From NCBI GenBank assembly GCA_937907045.1, contig CALCTU010000032.1, positions 1-49,167 of the forward strand: DNA of 49,167 nucleotides. The letters are read 5' to 3'. Position 1 is the stretch's first letter, and each line of letters opens with the position of its first letter. A program made the position numbers and the translations under genes. This stretch comes from an uncultured Alphaproteobacteria bacterium (GTDB lineage Bacteria > Pseudomonadota > Alphaproteobacteria > Rickettsiales > UBA6187). The notes under the pieces are model-generated. The model was not told the origin of the DNA. It saw only the letters and a program-made list of their open reading frames with translations, and made no database searches. Below are positions 34,887-45,160 of this stretch, piece after piece.

Positions 34887-36335
34887 TTAAAAGTCTACCT
34901 CCTCGATGACCATGTCATCGATAAAGTTTTCTTCGTGTGTGAACTGGTCGGTGTGATCACGGTATAATATATGTGGTAGCCAGGTAGCAAAGCGTGGCGT
35001 TAGAGAAAGAATAACAAGCATTAATAATTGAATGATAATGAAAGGGATGACACCTTTATAGATATCGGATGTTGTGATATTTTTGGGTGCAACACCCCGC
35101 AAATAAAATAAGGCAAAGCCAAAGGGTGGCGTCAGAAAAGAGGTTTGTAGGTTGATTGCTATCATTACTGCAAGCCATATAGGATCTGCACCCATACCAA
35201 GAATAATAGGTGCAACAATTGGTACAACTACAAAGATGATTTCAATAAAATCTAAGAAGAATCCAAGTACAAACATCAGTAGCATCGTCAATAGCATCAC
35301 ACTAAACAAGCCACCGGGAAGGTTGGTAAGAAAATGATGTACAGCAAGATCTCCGCCATAGCCTCTAAAAACCAATGTAAAAATGGTAGCACCAATAAGA
35401 ATGCCAAATACCATAGCGCAGGTAGTAGCGGTGGTTTGAATGGTGTGGACCAGATTTTCTTTAGTTAATTGTTTTTCCTTTAATGCCAGTAATATAGCTC
35501 CCATGGCGCCAACAGCAGCAGATTCTGTGGCAGTGGCAAGGCCAGTGAGAATGGAGCCAAGGACAATTAAAATAAGTAATAGCGGGGGTATAAGAGTGGT
35601 GATGATACTTCTTAGAGAGGTACGGCCGGGGCCGGATATAGGGTGATTACTTGGAGCTGAAGAATGGCTAGGTTGAAACTTACAATAAATGAGTTGCCAT
35701 AACATATATAGTATAACCAGGCCTAGTCCGGGCAATAAAGCGCCAACAAAGATATCAGCAATTGAAACAGGCTCAGGTGACAGGTTGCCAGCACTCATTT
35801 GAGATAACTGAAACGCATTTGAAATTTGGTCACCAAGTAAAATAAGTACAATGGAGGGTGGAATAATTTGTCCTAATGTTCCAGCGGCGCAAATAGTGCC
35901 CGTAGCAATACGTGGATGATAACCATGATTTAGCATGGCTGGTAATGATATGAGCCCCATGGTGACAACGGTTGCACCGACAATACCAGTAGATGCCGCT
36001 AATAACGCTCCCACCACCATTACTGAAATGGCCAATCCGCCTTTGATATTACCAAAAAGTGATGCCATATTTAGCAGTAAAGCTTCTGCAATATTGGCAC
36101 GTTGTAATAGGCTTCCCATAAAGACAAAAAGTGGTACAGCAATCAGTAAATCATTGCTCATAATGCCGTATATACGTAAGGGCAGCACGTGTAGTAATTC
36201 AATATCAAAAATACCGACAATATGTCCCAGGAAAGCAAAGATAATAGAGACTCCCGCAAGCACAAATGCCACTGGGAAGCCAGATAAAATAGCTGCGCCT
36301 AATACCACAAGCATGATTATTAACATCGTGCTCAT
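34887..36335 (-). CDS. dctM: TRAP transporter large permease DctM family
   Basis: 482 aa polytopic membrane protein with the DctM pattern (FPVAFVLAG...PLFVFMG...GGLA...GATVVTMG..SLP.M...GY). Overlaps dctQ by 4 nt. Confidence 0.85.
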   Translation of the reverse strand: MSTMLIIMLVVLGAAILSGFPVAFVLAGVSIIFAFLGHIVGIFDIELLHVLPLRIYGIMSNDLLIAVPLFVFMGSLLQRANIAEALLLNMASLFGNIKGGLAISVMVVGALLAASTGIVGATVVTMGLISLPAMLNHGYHPRIATGTICAAGTLGQIIPPSIVLILLGDQISNAFQLSQMSAGNLSPEPVSIADIFVGALLPGLGLVILYMLWQLIYCKFQPSHSSAPSNHPISGPGRTSLRSIITTLIPPLLLILIVLGSILTGLATATESAAVGAMGAILLALKEKQLTKENLVHTIQTTATTCAMVFGILIGATIFTLVFRGYGGDLAVHHFLTNLPGGLFSVMLLTMLLMFVLGFFLDFIEIIFVVVPIVAPIILGMGADPIWLAVMIAINLQTSFLTPPFGFALFYLRGVAPKNITTSDIYKGVIPFIIIQLLMLVILSLTPRFATWLPHILYRDHTDQFTHEENFIDDMVIEEVDF

Positions 36336-36859
36336 GTTTTTGCCTCACATATTGTATTAAGTGCATGAATAATTGTACTTATGCCTTGTAACAAAAGAGT
36401 AAATGCAAAGAACCAAATAAAACTTTTATAAATAAATACACCTGGCATACCCTGATATTCTGGAGAAGTTTCAAGAATTTCCCAGCTTTGGAGAGTAAAG
36501 TCATAGGAATAATAAATAATGACTCCTGCCATTGGGAATAATAATAGAAGAGTTCCCAGCAGGTTAACCCATGCTTTGCTATTAGTTGAAAAATTGTGAT
36601 AAAAAATATCTACTCGAACGTGCTTGTCTTTTTGCCAAGCCCATGCCGCGCATGCTAAAAATACCATGCCATACATATAACGAATCAACTCTTGTTGCCA
36701 TACAAGTGATGTACTGAGTAAATAGCGCATAAGTACGCTAGTGGACATTAATATGACCATAGCTAACGTTAGCCATGAAAAGGCCTTGCCAATAAAGGCA
36801 TTCATATTATCGATAGATGTAGTAATTGCGTTAAGCATCCATTGTTTCTTTTTGTGCAA
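36332..36859 (-). CDS. dctQ: TRAP transporter small permease DctQ family
   Basis: 175 aa with 4 TM segments and the W.QEL.RY......FL..A.A.....HVRVDIFY motif. Start at 36859 or 36838; either overlaps the upstream TPR-GT gene's stop. Confidence 0.75.
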   Translation of the reverse strand: MHKKKQWMLNAITTSIDNMNAFIGKAFSWLTLAMVILMSTSVLMRYLLSTSLVWQQELIRYMYGMVFLACAAWAWQKDKHVRVDIFYHNFSTNSKAWVNLLGTLLLLFPMAGVIIYYSYDFTLQSWEILETSPEYQGMPGVFIYKSFIWFFAFTLLLQGISTIIHALNTICEAKT

Positions 36860-39074
36860 TCAACTTAGCTACGTTGATGTCTTGTGCATCACAGTTTATA
36901 GCGTAACGTTTGTAGCATTCTTGTAGCGCAAGTTCAAAGCTTTGTACATATTCATTGGTATCAAATAGCGGGTAGGTGTTCTTGTTTTGGCTTAACGTGT
37001 TTTGTATATTATTGAAAAAACCTTTATTGGTCGCACACTTAATAGCTAAATTAATATATTCTTCTTGGGATTGAGTAATAAGTTCTTCTAATCCAATAGC
37101 AGTAAGCATACTAGAGCATGCACGTGTAGCAAATGTTTTGCCCTGAAGTGTGATAACGGGTATGTCCATTAGTAGGGCGTCCATAGCAGTGGTATGGGCG
37201 TTATAGATGAAGGTATCCAAGACTAAGTCGATATGAATATGTCGGGCAAGGTGTTTGTTCTTATCTGCTATATATTCAGCAAAAATAATACGTTTTGGAT
37301 CGATTCCGTGTTGTTTTGCCGCTTCTGTTAAATGATGACAGTATTCGTGGCCCTCAAATGATAACCACAACACGCTGTTATCCACTGATGCCAGGATGTT
37401 CATCCAACATTCAAATACGTGACGATCTATTTTGTAACTGCGATTAAAACAACTGAAGATAAAAACATCGTCTGGAAGTCCACATTCTTGTTTTGTTGGA
37501 AAGGAATCTGGTGATGTTTGATGAGCGGTATTTGGCACAAAATAACAATGAGGCATGGATATTATTTTCTCTGAATAATATTGCCTATGTTCATCTGGCA
37601 AAGCAATATTATCGGCGACAAAATAATCGATAAAATCAGCTCCCAATGTACCAGGATAGGACTGCATATGAATTTGAATAGGAGCCGGTTTTAATGCACA
37701 TATAATGTTACGGGAATTTTCAGTATAGCCCATAAGGCTGATGAGAATATCAATTTTCTGATCGTAGATATATTGCGCGCTATCAAGGTCTGACATATCT
37801 TCTAAATCATGAAAATAATCAACCTGTTCTTTGATCAGATTTCTATGGCCAGATGTTTCATCCTTGCCATCAATAGCAAATGCATGAATAGAAAACTTCT
37901 CTTTGTTATGGTGACCAATGAATTGTGCCATATTATGGGCAGTGGGGTGATTCTTGAAATTAGGAGACAGGTACCCAATAGTTAGTTGTTTAGGATTTTT
38001 CTTAGTAATAAAGTGACGTTCTTCTGACAAGGTTGGTGTATGAGCAAGGACAGAAAAAGTGGTATAATTTTTCGCTATGGTATGAATGAGTTGGTTGTCT
38101 AATCCCAAATATAATGATGTAAAAGGCTCGATAGTGGCGTCTTCACCTTTAGCAAGCTTTACTGTTACTTGCTCAAGCAATGATGAGGTGTATTTGGCCA
38201 ACATGCCCCAGTTACATATTTTAGCCAAACATCGTACCATTTGTAATAATGCATCCAAATGAGACGGGTCATTGTGTAATATTTTACTCAAGAAATCGAT
38301 AGCTTTTGCAGGATTACAACGCTTGGTGAGACTGTTGCTAATATTTAATAGTGCTTCTTTGAAACTAGGGTTGATGTCGATTACTTGTTCAAAATAAAGC
38401 AGTGCTTCTTCAGGCTTGTTGAGTTGTGTGTAAACCAGACCTATATTGTTGAGCACTTGGTAATAGTTGGGGTTTAGTTGAAGGCATTTTTTGTAATTGG
38501 CCAATGCTAGGTCGAGGTTATTCTGTTCTAAGTAAACATTACCAATGTCATTATAGATTGGATAATAATCAGGTTTTAGAGCCGTTATGTGTTCATAATA
38601 TGTGATCGCCTTATCAAGGTAGCCCATGTGCTTGTTGGCTATGCCAATTTGTCGGAGTGATTCAATATGATTGGGTTTGTATTGTAGAACTTGTTCAAAA
38701 ATAGTGATGGCATCTGGATAGTTCTTTTGTTGAATAAGAATAATACCCAGATTAACCGCATGTGTAAGGCTATTTGATAGTTTGAGTGCTTTTTTTGTTA
38801 CTGATTTTGCTTCATCAAGGCGGTTCATTTTAGCCAGGAGTTGACCGTAATTGGATAGAAAGTCAGGTTGGTCTGGATAAAGAGAGAGAGCTTTTTTTAT
38901 CAAGCTTTCTGCTTCTTGATAATGTGCTCTGTCCATATAAATGAGACCCAACAGGTGAAGCGCATCAATATGATTACTGTCAGCCTCTAATAGCTGTTCA
39001 TACAGTGTAGCAGCTTTATCCAACTCACCTGCCTGGTGCAGTTCCATTGCCTGAGATAGTTGAGGTATTGGCAT
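36831..39074 (-). CDS. TPR-repeat + OGT-like (SPINDLY/GT41-type, COG3914-like) glycosyltransferase, paralog 1
   Basis: 747 aa. The N-terminal ~300 aa are TPR repeats (A..YE..L...P......L). The C-terminal half carries IGYLSPNFKNHPTAHN and PIQIHMQSYPGTLGADFIDYFVAD, blocks I recognise from bacterial SPINDLY-family O-GlcNAc-transferase-like proteins. Confidence 0.75.
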   Translation of the reverse strand: MPIPQLSQAMELHQAGELDKAATLYEQLLEADSNHIDALHLLGLIYMDRAHYQEAESLIKKALSLYPDQPDFLSNYGQLLAKMNRLDEAKSVTKKALKLSNSLTHAVNLGIILIQQKNYPDAITIFEQVLQYKPNHIESLRQIGIANKHMGYLDKAITYYEHITALKPDYYPIYNDIGNVYLEQNNLDLALANYKKCLQLNPNYYQVLNNIGLVYTQLNKPEEALLYFEQVIDINPSFKEALLNISNSLTKRCNPAKAIDFLSKILHNDPSHLDALLQMVRCLAKICNWGMLAKYTSSLLEQVTVKLAKGEDATIEPFTSLYLGLDNQLIHTIAKNYTTFSVLAHTPTLSEERHFITKKNPKQLTIGYLSPNFKNHPTAHNMAQFIGHHNKEKFSIHAFAIDGKDETSGHRNLIKEQVDYFHDLEDMSDLDSAQYIYDQKIDILISLMGYTENSRNIICALKPAPIQIHMQSYPGTLGADFIDYFVADNIALPDEHRQYYSEKIISMPHCYFVPNTAHQTSPDSFPTKQECGLPDDVFIFSCFNRSYKIDRHVFECWMNILASVDNSVLWLSFEGHEYCHHLTEAAKQHGIDPKRIIFAEYIADKNKHLARHIHIDLVLDTFIYNAHTTAMDALLMDIPVITLQGKTFATRACSSMLTAIGLEELITQSQEEYINLAIKCATNKGFFNNIQNTLSQNKNTYPLFDTNEYVQSFELALQECYKRYAINCDAQDINVAKLIAQKETMDA

Positions 39075-39076
39075 TG

Positions 39077-41308
39077 TTATGCGGTAACTTTAGCTAATTC
39101 TGATACAGTTATGTCTGACGCAGCTTCATTATTTTCAAATTTACGCCAGGCCTCTTTAAGCGCTAACTCAAAATTTCGTACATATTTTGGCGTGTCAAAC
39201 AGAGGGTTGGTCTCTCTGTTATTGACTAATTGTTGAATTAATGAGTTATAAAAATTCGTATCGTTTGCACACCTTACAGCAATATCAATATATTCTTGGT
39301 GAGAGTTAGCAATAAGATTATTTAAACCACATGTGTTAAGCATACTGGCGCATGCACGGGTAGCATGAGTTTCACCAAGATAAGTTACTATTGGTAGATT
39401 CATAGAAAGCACATCAAATGCAGTTGTATGTGCTCCATAAGCAAAACTATCAAGTGCTAGGTCAATATGTATATGTCTGGCTAGATGTGCTTCTTTTGTT
39501 ACAAAATCGGCATAAATAAGTCTATCTTGTGCAATGTTATATTCTTGTGCGATGTTTGAGTAAGAGTCTTTAGCCGCTTCGTTAGTCATTCCTAGCCATA
39601 AAACACTGTTATCAACTCGTTCAAGAATTTTCATCCAGCAACGAAATGTGTCTTCATTATTTTTGTATGGACGATTAAAACTAGAGTAAATAAATTTATC
39701 TTCTGGTAGATTGCATTCCTGTTTGCTTGGAACTCTGGAAGCTGCTTTGTGCGATGAGTTTGGTACAAAATAACAATCAGGCATTTCAATGATTTTTTCT
39801 GTGTAGTCTTGCCGGTGCTCCAGTGGAGTAACCATCCGGTCTGCAACAAAATAATCGATAAATTCAGCGCCCATCGTTCCAGGATAAGATTGCATATGTA
39901 TCTGAATGGGTGTCGGCTTTAGGCAGCAAATTCCGCTCCTGGCATTTTCAGTATGTCCCATAAGATTGATCATAATGTCGATATTATGGTCATATATTTC
40001 TCGAGCGCATTCTTCGTCATTCATATCTTCGATATCGTGAAAATGGTGAACATTTTTCATGATGATGTCGCGATAACCTGATATGTCACCACGTCCGCCA
40101 ATGGATAGAGCGTGAATTTCAAATTGCTCTTTATCGTGGAGGCATAGCATGTTGGTTATATTGTGAGCGGTAGGGTGATTCTTGAAATTTGGTGATATAT
40201 AGCCAATTTTCAATTTTTCTTTGGGTTCTCTGTTAAAAACAAACCCTAATTTGTCTCGAATACTATACTGTGCACGTAAACTAAAGTCGCAATAGTTTTT
40301 GGATAAGGCTTGTATTTTATGATTATCAATCCCTGCATAAAGTGACATAAACGGTGTGATTAGAGCTTCCTTTCCTTCTTCAACAGCTTTCATACACAAA
40401 TCAATATATTTTGGCTTTGCTGTTTTGAGAGCCGTATAGTCACATGATTCATCTAGTTTGTGAATAAGCAGTGTCATGGTATAGAGATCATCTGGATCAT
40501 TTTCTAAACCTTTATTAATGGCGTCCATTTCGGCCCCCATCCCTAAACTATTAAGGAACCCACCTTTCATACCTACGATTTTAGAACGTAGCTGAGGGTT
40601 ATCGTTAAATAGTTTTCCTATATATTTATTGCCTTCTTCAAAGCGGCCTGCATATTTAAATGCAAGGCCAACACTGTTATAGCCGTGTTCAAAGTCTGGT
40701 TTTAATGTTAAGCATGTTTTAAATGCATCTACAGCTAAGTCATATTCTTCAAGATAGAGATATGTATTTCCTAGGTCATTGAACGTGAGGTAGTTTTGGT
40801 TATCCAGACTAATTGATTTTTCTACACACGTGAGCGCTTTGTGATAATCTTCATTTCCTCGGTATGCGCTGCCAAGTATCCGAAAAGATTCTGGGTCATT
40901 AACAGATCTTTGGGTGATGTCTTCTAGTAGACGAATGGCAGCCTCAAAATCTTTTTTGTTGATATATAATTGTGCTAACACATTAAAGTAATCAATAGCC
41001 GGTTTTAAGGATATTGCTTTTTTAATATAAATGATCGCCTTATCAACTTCGTCCATCATATTATGTAATCGACCATAGTCAAAAATATATACATCGTTAT
41101 TAGGATCGATACAAATTGCTCTATGAATAAATTTAACTGCGCTACTATAATTTTCTTGGGCCATTTTAATATGCCCTAGCATATGTAAGGCATCAGAATG
41201 ATTCTTATTAAAGGAAAGAACCTCTTTATAGAGTTCTTCGGCCTCTTTTGTGTGGCCTGCTTTGTGTTGTTCAGCTGCTTTATCAAAAATTTCCTTTAAT
41301 GTTGCCAT
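39077..41308 (-). CDS. TPR-repeat + OGT-like (SPINDLY/GT41-type) glycosyltransferase, paralog 2
   Basis: 743 aa with the same architecture as the neighbour (IGYISPNFKNHPTAHN, PIQIHMQSYPGTMGAEFIDYFVAD, ARHIHIDLALD). Only 2 nt separate the two genes. Confidence 0.75.
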   Translation of the reverse strand: MATLKEIFDKAAEQHKAGHTKEAEELYKEVLSFNKNHSDALHMLGHIKMAQENYSSAVKFIHRAICIDPNNDVYIFDYGRLHNMMDEVDKAIIYIKKAISLKPAIDYFNVLAQLYINKKDFEAAIRLLEDITQRSVNDPESFRILGSAYRGNEDYHKALTCVEKSISLDNQNYLTFNDLGNTYLYLEEYDLAVDAFKTCLTLKPDFEHGYNSVGLAFKYAGRFEEGNKYIGKLFNDNPQLRSKIVGMKGGFLNSLGMGAEMDAINKGLENDPDDLYTMTLLIHKLDESCDYTALKTAKPKYIDLCMKAVEEGKEALITPFMSLYAGIDNHKIQALSKNYCDFSLRAQYSIRDKLGFVFNREPKEKLKIGYISPNFKNHPTAHNITNMLCLHDKEQFEIHALSIGGRGDISGYRDIIMKNVHHFHDIEDMNDEECAREIYDHNIDIMINLMGHTENARSGICCLKPTPIQIHMQSYPGTMGAEFIDYFVADRMVTPLEHRQDYTEKIIEMPDCYFVPNSSHKAASRVPSKQECNLPEDKFIYSSFNRPYKNNEDTFRCWMKILERVDNSVLWLGMTNEAAKDSYSNIAQEYNIAQDRLIYADFVTKEAHLARHIHIDLALDSFAYGAHTTAFDVLSMNLPIVTYLGETHATRACASMLNTCGLNNLIANSHQEYIDIAVRCANDTNFYNSLIQQLVNNRETNPLFDTPKYVRNFELALKEAWRKFENNEAASDITVSELAKVTA

Positions 41309-41338
41309 ATCCCCCTCTTAAGTCATGTATAATGTTAA

Positions 41339-43552
41339 TTAAAACGTGTTGCTTTTAGGAAAGCCAGTAGGTGGCAGTCTTCCAGCGGTGCCACGCTTGT
41401 TAATCCATGCAAGTAAATCTGTTTCGGTCCGTATTTTTTTGCCCAGTTGCCAACTTAATCCTTCCTCGCGAACAAAACATTTTGCATCGGACAAGCCTCC
41501 TTGCTTGTAACGCTGCAAAATGACACCGGCACCTTTTTTCATCACTGGAATTTCGTCGATATCAAAAATTAATAATTTACGATTCTGACCGATAACAGCT
41601 ACTGAATCTCCTGTGACAGGCGTGCAAACTACACCCGTTAAACCTGCCGACAAGTTTAAAACTTGTTTACCATTTTTGGTTTGTGCCACGACATCTTCGG
41701 CAGGCACCACAAATCCACGACCTGCATTATTAGCCAGTAATATTTTAAGGTCATCATTATAAATGAGTAAATTAACAATATGGGTGCGCTCATCCATGTC
41801 CACAAGTAGTCGCATTGGATCGCCATGACCTTTGCCGCCAGATATGGTATTGCAGCCAATAGTATAGAATTTGCCATTATCTGTAAAAACCAACAGACGG
41901 TCAGTTGTATGTGCTTTAAGCACAAATCGTTCTTTGTCTCCGTCTTTATATTTAACACTTGAGACATCGTCTGTATGGCCTTTTAACGCTTTTATCCAGC
42001 CATGTTCGGAGCATAAAATGGTAATGGGTTCTTTTTCAACAAAGGCTTCGATAGAGACTACGACAGATTCGGCGGCTTCTTCAAGTTGTGTACGTCTTGC
42101 ACCAAGTTCAGTTTGTTGCCCAAATTGCTTTTTGGTTTCTCTTACCTGGTCACTTAATACTTTTTTACGAACTTCTTCATCATCTAAAATGGTAAGCAAA
42201 TGTGCTTTTTCTTCGGATAATGCATCATGTTCTTTCTTGATTTCAATTTCTTCTAGCTTACGAAGCGAACGCAAACGCATGTTAAGGATGGCTTCAACTT
42301 GAACATCAGAAAGCTTCCATTTTGCGATCATGACCGCTTTTGGATCATCTTCTTCTCGAATGATTCTAATGACTTCATCAATGTTGAGATAAGCAATTAA
42401 TAAACCATCAAGTACTTCGAGTCGGTGGTCGATATTCTTAAGCCTATATTTCGTACGACGAATTAAGACCTCCAACCGGTGGGCAATAAAAGCATTTAAA
42501 ACTTCACGCAAGTTCATGACACGTGGTGCACCATGTGCGTCAAGAACGTTCATGTTAAGGCTAACACGTACTTCCAAATCCGTGGTTTTAAATAAAGACT
42601 CCATGAGCATTTCTGGGTCGACACTGCGGCTCTTAGGGTCAAGGACAACGCGGATATCCTCGGTGGATTCATCACGAATATTACCAAGAAGTGAAAGTTT
42701 TTTTGCTTTATAGAGGTCAGCAATTTTTTCAATTAGCTTGGATTTTTGTACTTGGTAAGGAATTTCTGTGATGACAATTTGGTACATGCCATGGCTTAGT
42801 TCTTCTTTTTCCCATTTGGCACGCAACCTAAAAGAACCTTTGCCGGTTTCATAGGCTTTTAAGATATTTTCTTGTGACTCTACTAAAATACCACCTGTAG
42901 GAAAATCAGGTCCTGCTACATGGGTAACCAAGGTGTCGATGGAGGCATTGGGATGTTTGATTAAATGCAAGACCGCATCGCATAATTCCCCTGCATTGTG
43001 AGGTGGGATGCTAGTTGCCATACCCACAGCAATACCTTCAGATCCGTTAGCTAGAAGGTTAGGGAAGTTACTTGGCATAACAATGGGTTCTTCTTCAGAA
43101 CCATCATAGGTCGGTTGAAAATCAACCGTGTCACTATGAATATCTTCCAAAATGGCGATAGCGACATTTGTAAGTCTGGCTTCTGTGTAACGCATAGCGG
43201 CAGCGTTGTCGCCATCGATAGAGCCAAAATTTCCTTGGCCTTCAACTAATGGGTAACGTACAGCAAAATGCTGTGCAAGGCGCACCATGGTGTCATACAC
43301 GGCAGTATCGCCATGGGGGTGATATTTACCAATAACATCTCCAACCACGCGGGCGCATTTTTTAAATCCTGATTTCGGATCAAGCTTTAATTGAAGCATT
43401 GCGTAAAGCAGTCTGCGGTGAACGGGTTTAAGCCCATCGCGCACGTCTGGCAGAGAGCGTGACGTAATAGTAGATAGTGCATATGCCAAGTAGCGCTCAC
43501 CAAGCGCTTGGCCAAAATCTACGGGATGAATATTATTGTCTTCTTTGGTCAT
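41339..43552 (-). CDS. parC: DNA topoisomerase IV subunit A
   Basis: 737 aa. [19 protein letters not shown], the active-site context [10 protein letters not shown], and a length typical of ParC rather than GyrA. Confidence 0.88.
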   Translation of the reverse strand: MTKEDNNIHPVDFGQALGERYLAYALSTITSRSLPDVRDGLKPVHRRLLYAMLQLKLDPKSGFKKCARVVGDVIGKYHPHGDTAVYDTMVRLAQHFAVRYPLVEGQGNFGSIDGDNAAAMRYTEARLTNVAIAILEDIHSDTVDFQPTYDGSEEEPIVMPSNFPNLLANGSEGIAVGMATSIPPHNAGELCDAVLHLIKHPNASIDTLVTHVAGPDFPTGGILVESQENILKAYETGKGSFRLRAKWEKEELSHGMYQIVITEIPYQVQKSKLIEKIADLYKAKKLSLLGNIRDESTEDIRVVLDPKSRSVDPEMLMESLFKTTDLEVRVSLNMNVLDAHGAPRVMNLREVLNAFIAHRLEVLIRRTKYRLKNIDHRLEVLDGLLIAYLNIDEVIRIIREEDDPKAVMIAKWKLSDVQVEAILNMRLRSLRKLEEIEIKKEHDALSEEKAHLLTILDDEEVRKKVLSDQVRETKKQFGQQTELGARRTQLEEAAESVVVSIEAFVEKEPITILCSEHGWIKALKGHTDDVSSVKYKDGDKERFVLKAHTTDRLLVFTDNGKFYTIGCNTISGGKGHGDPMRLLVDMDERTHIVNLLIYNDDLKILLANNAGRGFVVPAEDVVAQTKNGKQVLNLSAGLTGVVCTPVTGDSVAVIGQNRKLLIFDIDEIPVMKKGAGVILQRYKQGGLSDAKCFVREEGLSWQLGKKIRTETDLLAWINKRGTAGRLPPTGFPKSNTF

Positions 43553-44307
43553 AAAACTTCTGCAGCGATCGTTTGAGCAACCACCTGACCAAGACGTATG
43601 CGCGCTGAGGGTAATTTATGGTAACGAGTGCCCTGGTCTGGATGGAACACGTATTTATTAAGGAAATAGGTGCTAAGATCAAGTCCATTTTTTAACTCAG
43701 AGACGGTTTTTGTTGCATTTGAATCAATAAGAAATTGAGGGAGGGCGAGTAAACGGTCTTTATAGGGCTCTCCAGCTTGTGCACAAATGGCAGCGCCTGA
43801 CTTCGGTGATACGTATATTAAATTTTCATGACCTCCTGTTGCTGCACATTTATCTAAGCTAAGGCGAAATCCAAGTTCACTTAATAAAATAATTTCAAAG
43901 CGAATATAATTTGCTAGCCATTGCAAATGCGAGCTATCTTTTAGTTCATGTAAAAACATATCCACAATTTGGAAAAGTCTTTGATGTGGGTCACGTTCTG
44001 CCAATGTACATTCAACAAGTGAGCAAACACTACATAACACAACAAGTTTTAGCTGACTTTCAAGGCACCGGGCAGAAATAGGTGTGATTAATTGTGCTTG
44101 AAAATTACCCAATTGCTCTTCTAGTCTACCACGCCATGTGATATCAACTTTATTTCCCGGCATGTATATAGCACGGTTATTTTTATTAGTAACGCCACGT
44201 ACAAGGCCTTTATGAAGTCCATGCTCCAGTGTGAAGCTAGTGACTATTGCACTAGAGTCGCTATATTTACGCGTGGATAAAATTATTGCTTGATCAGTCC
44301 ATTGCAT
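43549..44307 (-). CDS. recO: DNA repair protein RecO
   Basis: 252 aa. [23 protein letters not shown] is the typical RecO OB-fold N-terminus. A 4-nt overlap couples it to parC. Confidence 0.8.
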   Translation of the reverse strand: MQWTDQAIILSTRKYSDSSAIVTSFTLEHGLHKGLVRGVTNKNNRAIYMPGNKVDITWRGRLEEQLGNFQAQLITPISARCLESQLKLVVLCSVCSLVECTLAERDPHQRLFQIVDMFLHELKDSSHLQWLANYIRFEIILLSELGFRLSLDKCAATGGHENLIYVSPKSGAAICAQAGEPYKDRLLALPQFLIDSNATKTVSELKNGLDLSTYFLNKYVFHPDQGTRYHKLPSARIRLGQVVAQTIAAEVL

Positions 44308-44365
44308 GGTTATACTCTATTGTCCTTTACTTCCCCAATTTCCATAATCAAATGGTTTTTCTCCG

Positions 44366-45160
44366 ATGCAGTATTCTGAAGTAAGTGACAATATTTTGTC
44401 AATATGCAAAGACGCTAGTCAATTAATTCTTCAATATGTCAATAAGCAAGAAGTTGAGCGCAAAGATGATAATTCGCCAGTAACCAATGCTGATGTAGCA
44501 GCCAATGAATTTATTGTTAATAAACTTAAAGAGCTTACACCAAATATTCCAATTATTGCGGAAGAGTCTGCCAATACACCCTTTACAGATCAAGAAAGAG
44601 ATCAGGCATTTTGGTTAGTGGATCCGCTTGATGGTACCAAAAGCTTTATCAGGGGTGAACCATATTATACGGTGAATATTGCACTTATTGAAAACCGTGT
44701 TCCTAAAGGTGGAGCAGTGGTAGCACCTGCGATGAATGATGCGTATTTTGTTGGTACAGATGGTAAGGCATATAAACAACATGCAAATCAAGATGCAACT
44801 GTGATTTCAGTTCGTGATATTCCACAAGAAGGAATAACGTTGGTCGCCAGTAATTTTCATCGCAGTGGTCAGGTGGATCAGCTTATACAATCAATACAAG
44901 GCTTACATGAGGTTAAGACGATCTCCAGTTCGATAAAATTTTGTCTGGTAGCAGAGGGTGTTGCTGATATCTATCCTCGATTTGGACCTACCATGGAATG
45001 GGATACTGCAGCAGGCCATGCAATTTTATTGGCAGCTGGTGGTAAAATGGTGACCATGCAGGGTACGGAATTTTGCTATGCCAAAGATGAGTTCAGAAAT
45101 GGCGGCTTTATGGTTTCGTCGTGTGCTACTTATGAAAACGCTAAATCACTTATTGCTTAG
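44366..45160 (+). CDS. cysQ: 3'(2'),5'-bisphosphate nucleotidase CysQ / inositol monophosphatase family
   Basis: IMPase-family motifs: DNSPVTNADV, WLVDPLDGTKSFI and WDTAAGHAIL. Confidence 0.8.
   Translation: MQYSEVSDNILSICKDASQLILQYVNKQEVERKDDNSPVTNADVAANEFIVNKLKELTPNIPIIAEESANTPFTDQERDQAFWLVDPLDGTKSFIRGEPYYTVNIALIENRVPKGGAVVAPAMNDAYFVGTDGKAYKQHANQDATVISVRDIPQEGITLVASNFHRSGQVDQLIQSIQGLHEVKTISSSIKFCLVAEGVADIYPRFGPTMEWDTAAGHAILLAAGGKMVTMQGTEFCYAKDEFRNGGFMVSSCATYENAKSLIA

Noticed and set aside
35935-36360. 141-aa plus-strand ORF across the dctM/dctQ junction, and 41871-42302 inside parC
   Set aside because: They are antisense to well-supported genes, with no start context.
41339-43552. Calling the topoisomerase subunit GyrA
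   Set aside because: The 737-aa length, the short C-terminal domain and the recO linkage fit ParC. No GyrA-box-containing long C-terminal domain is evident.
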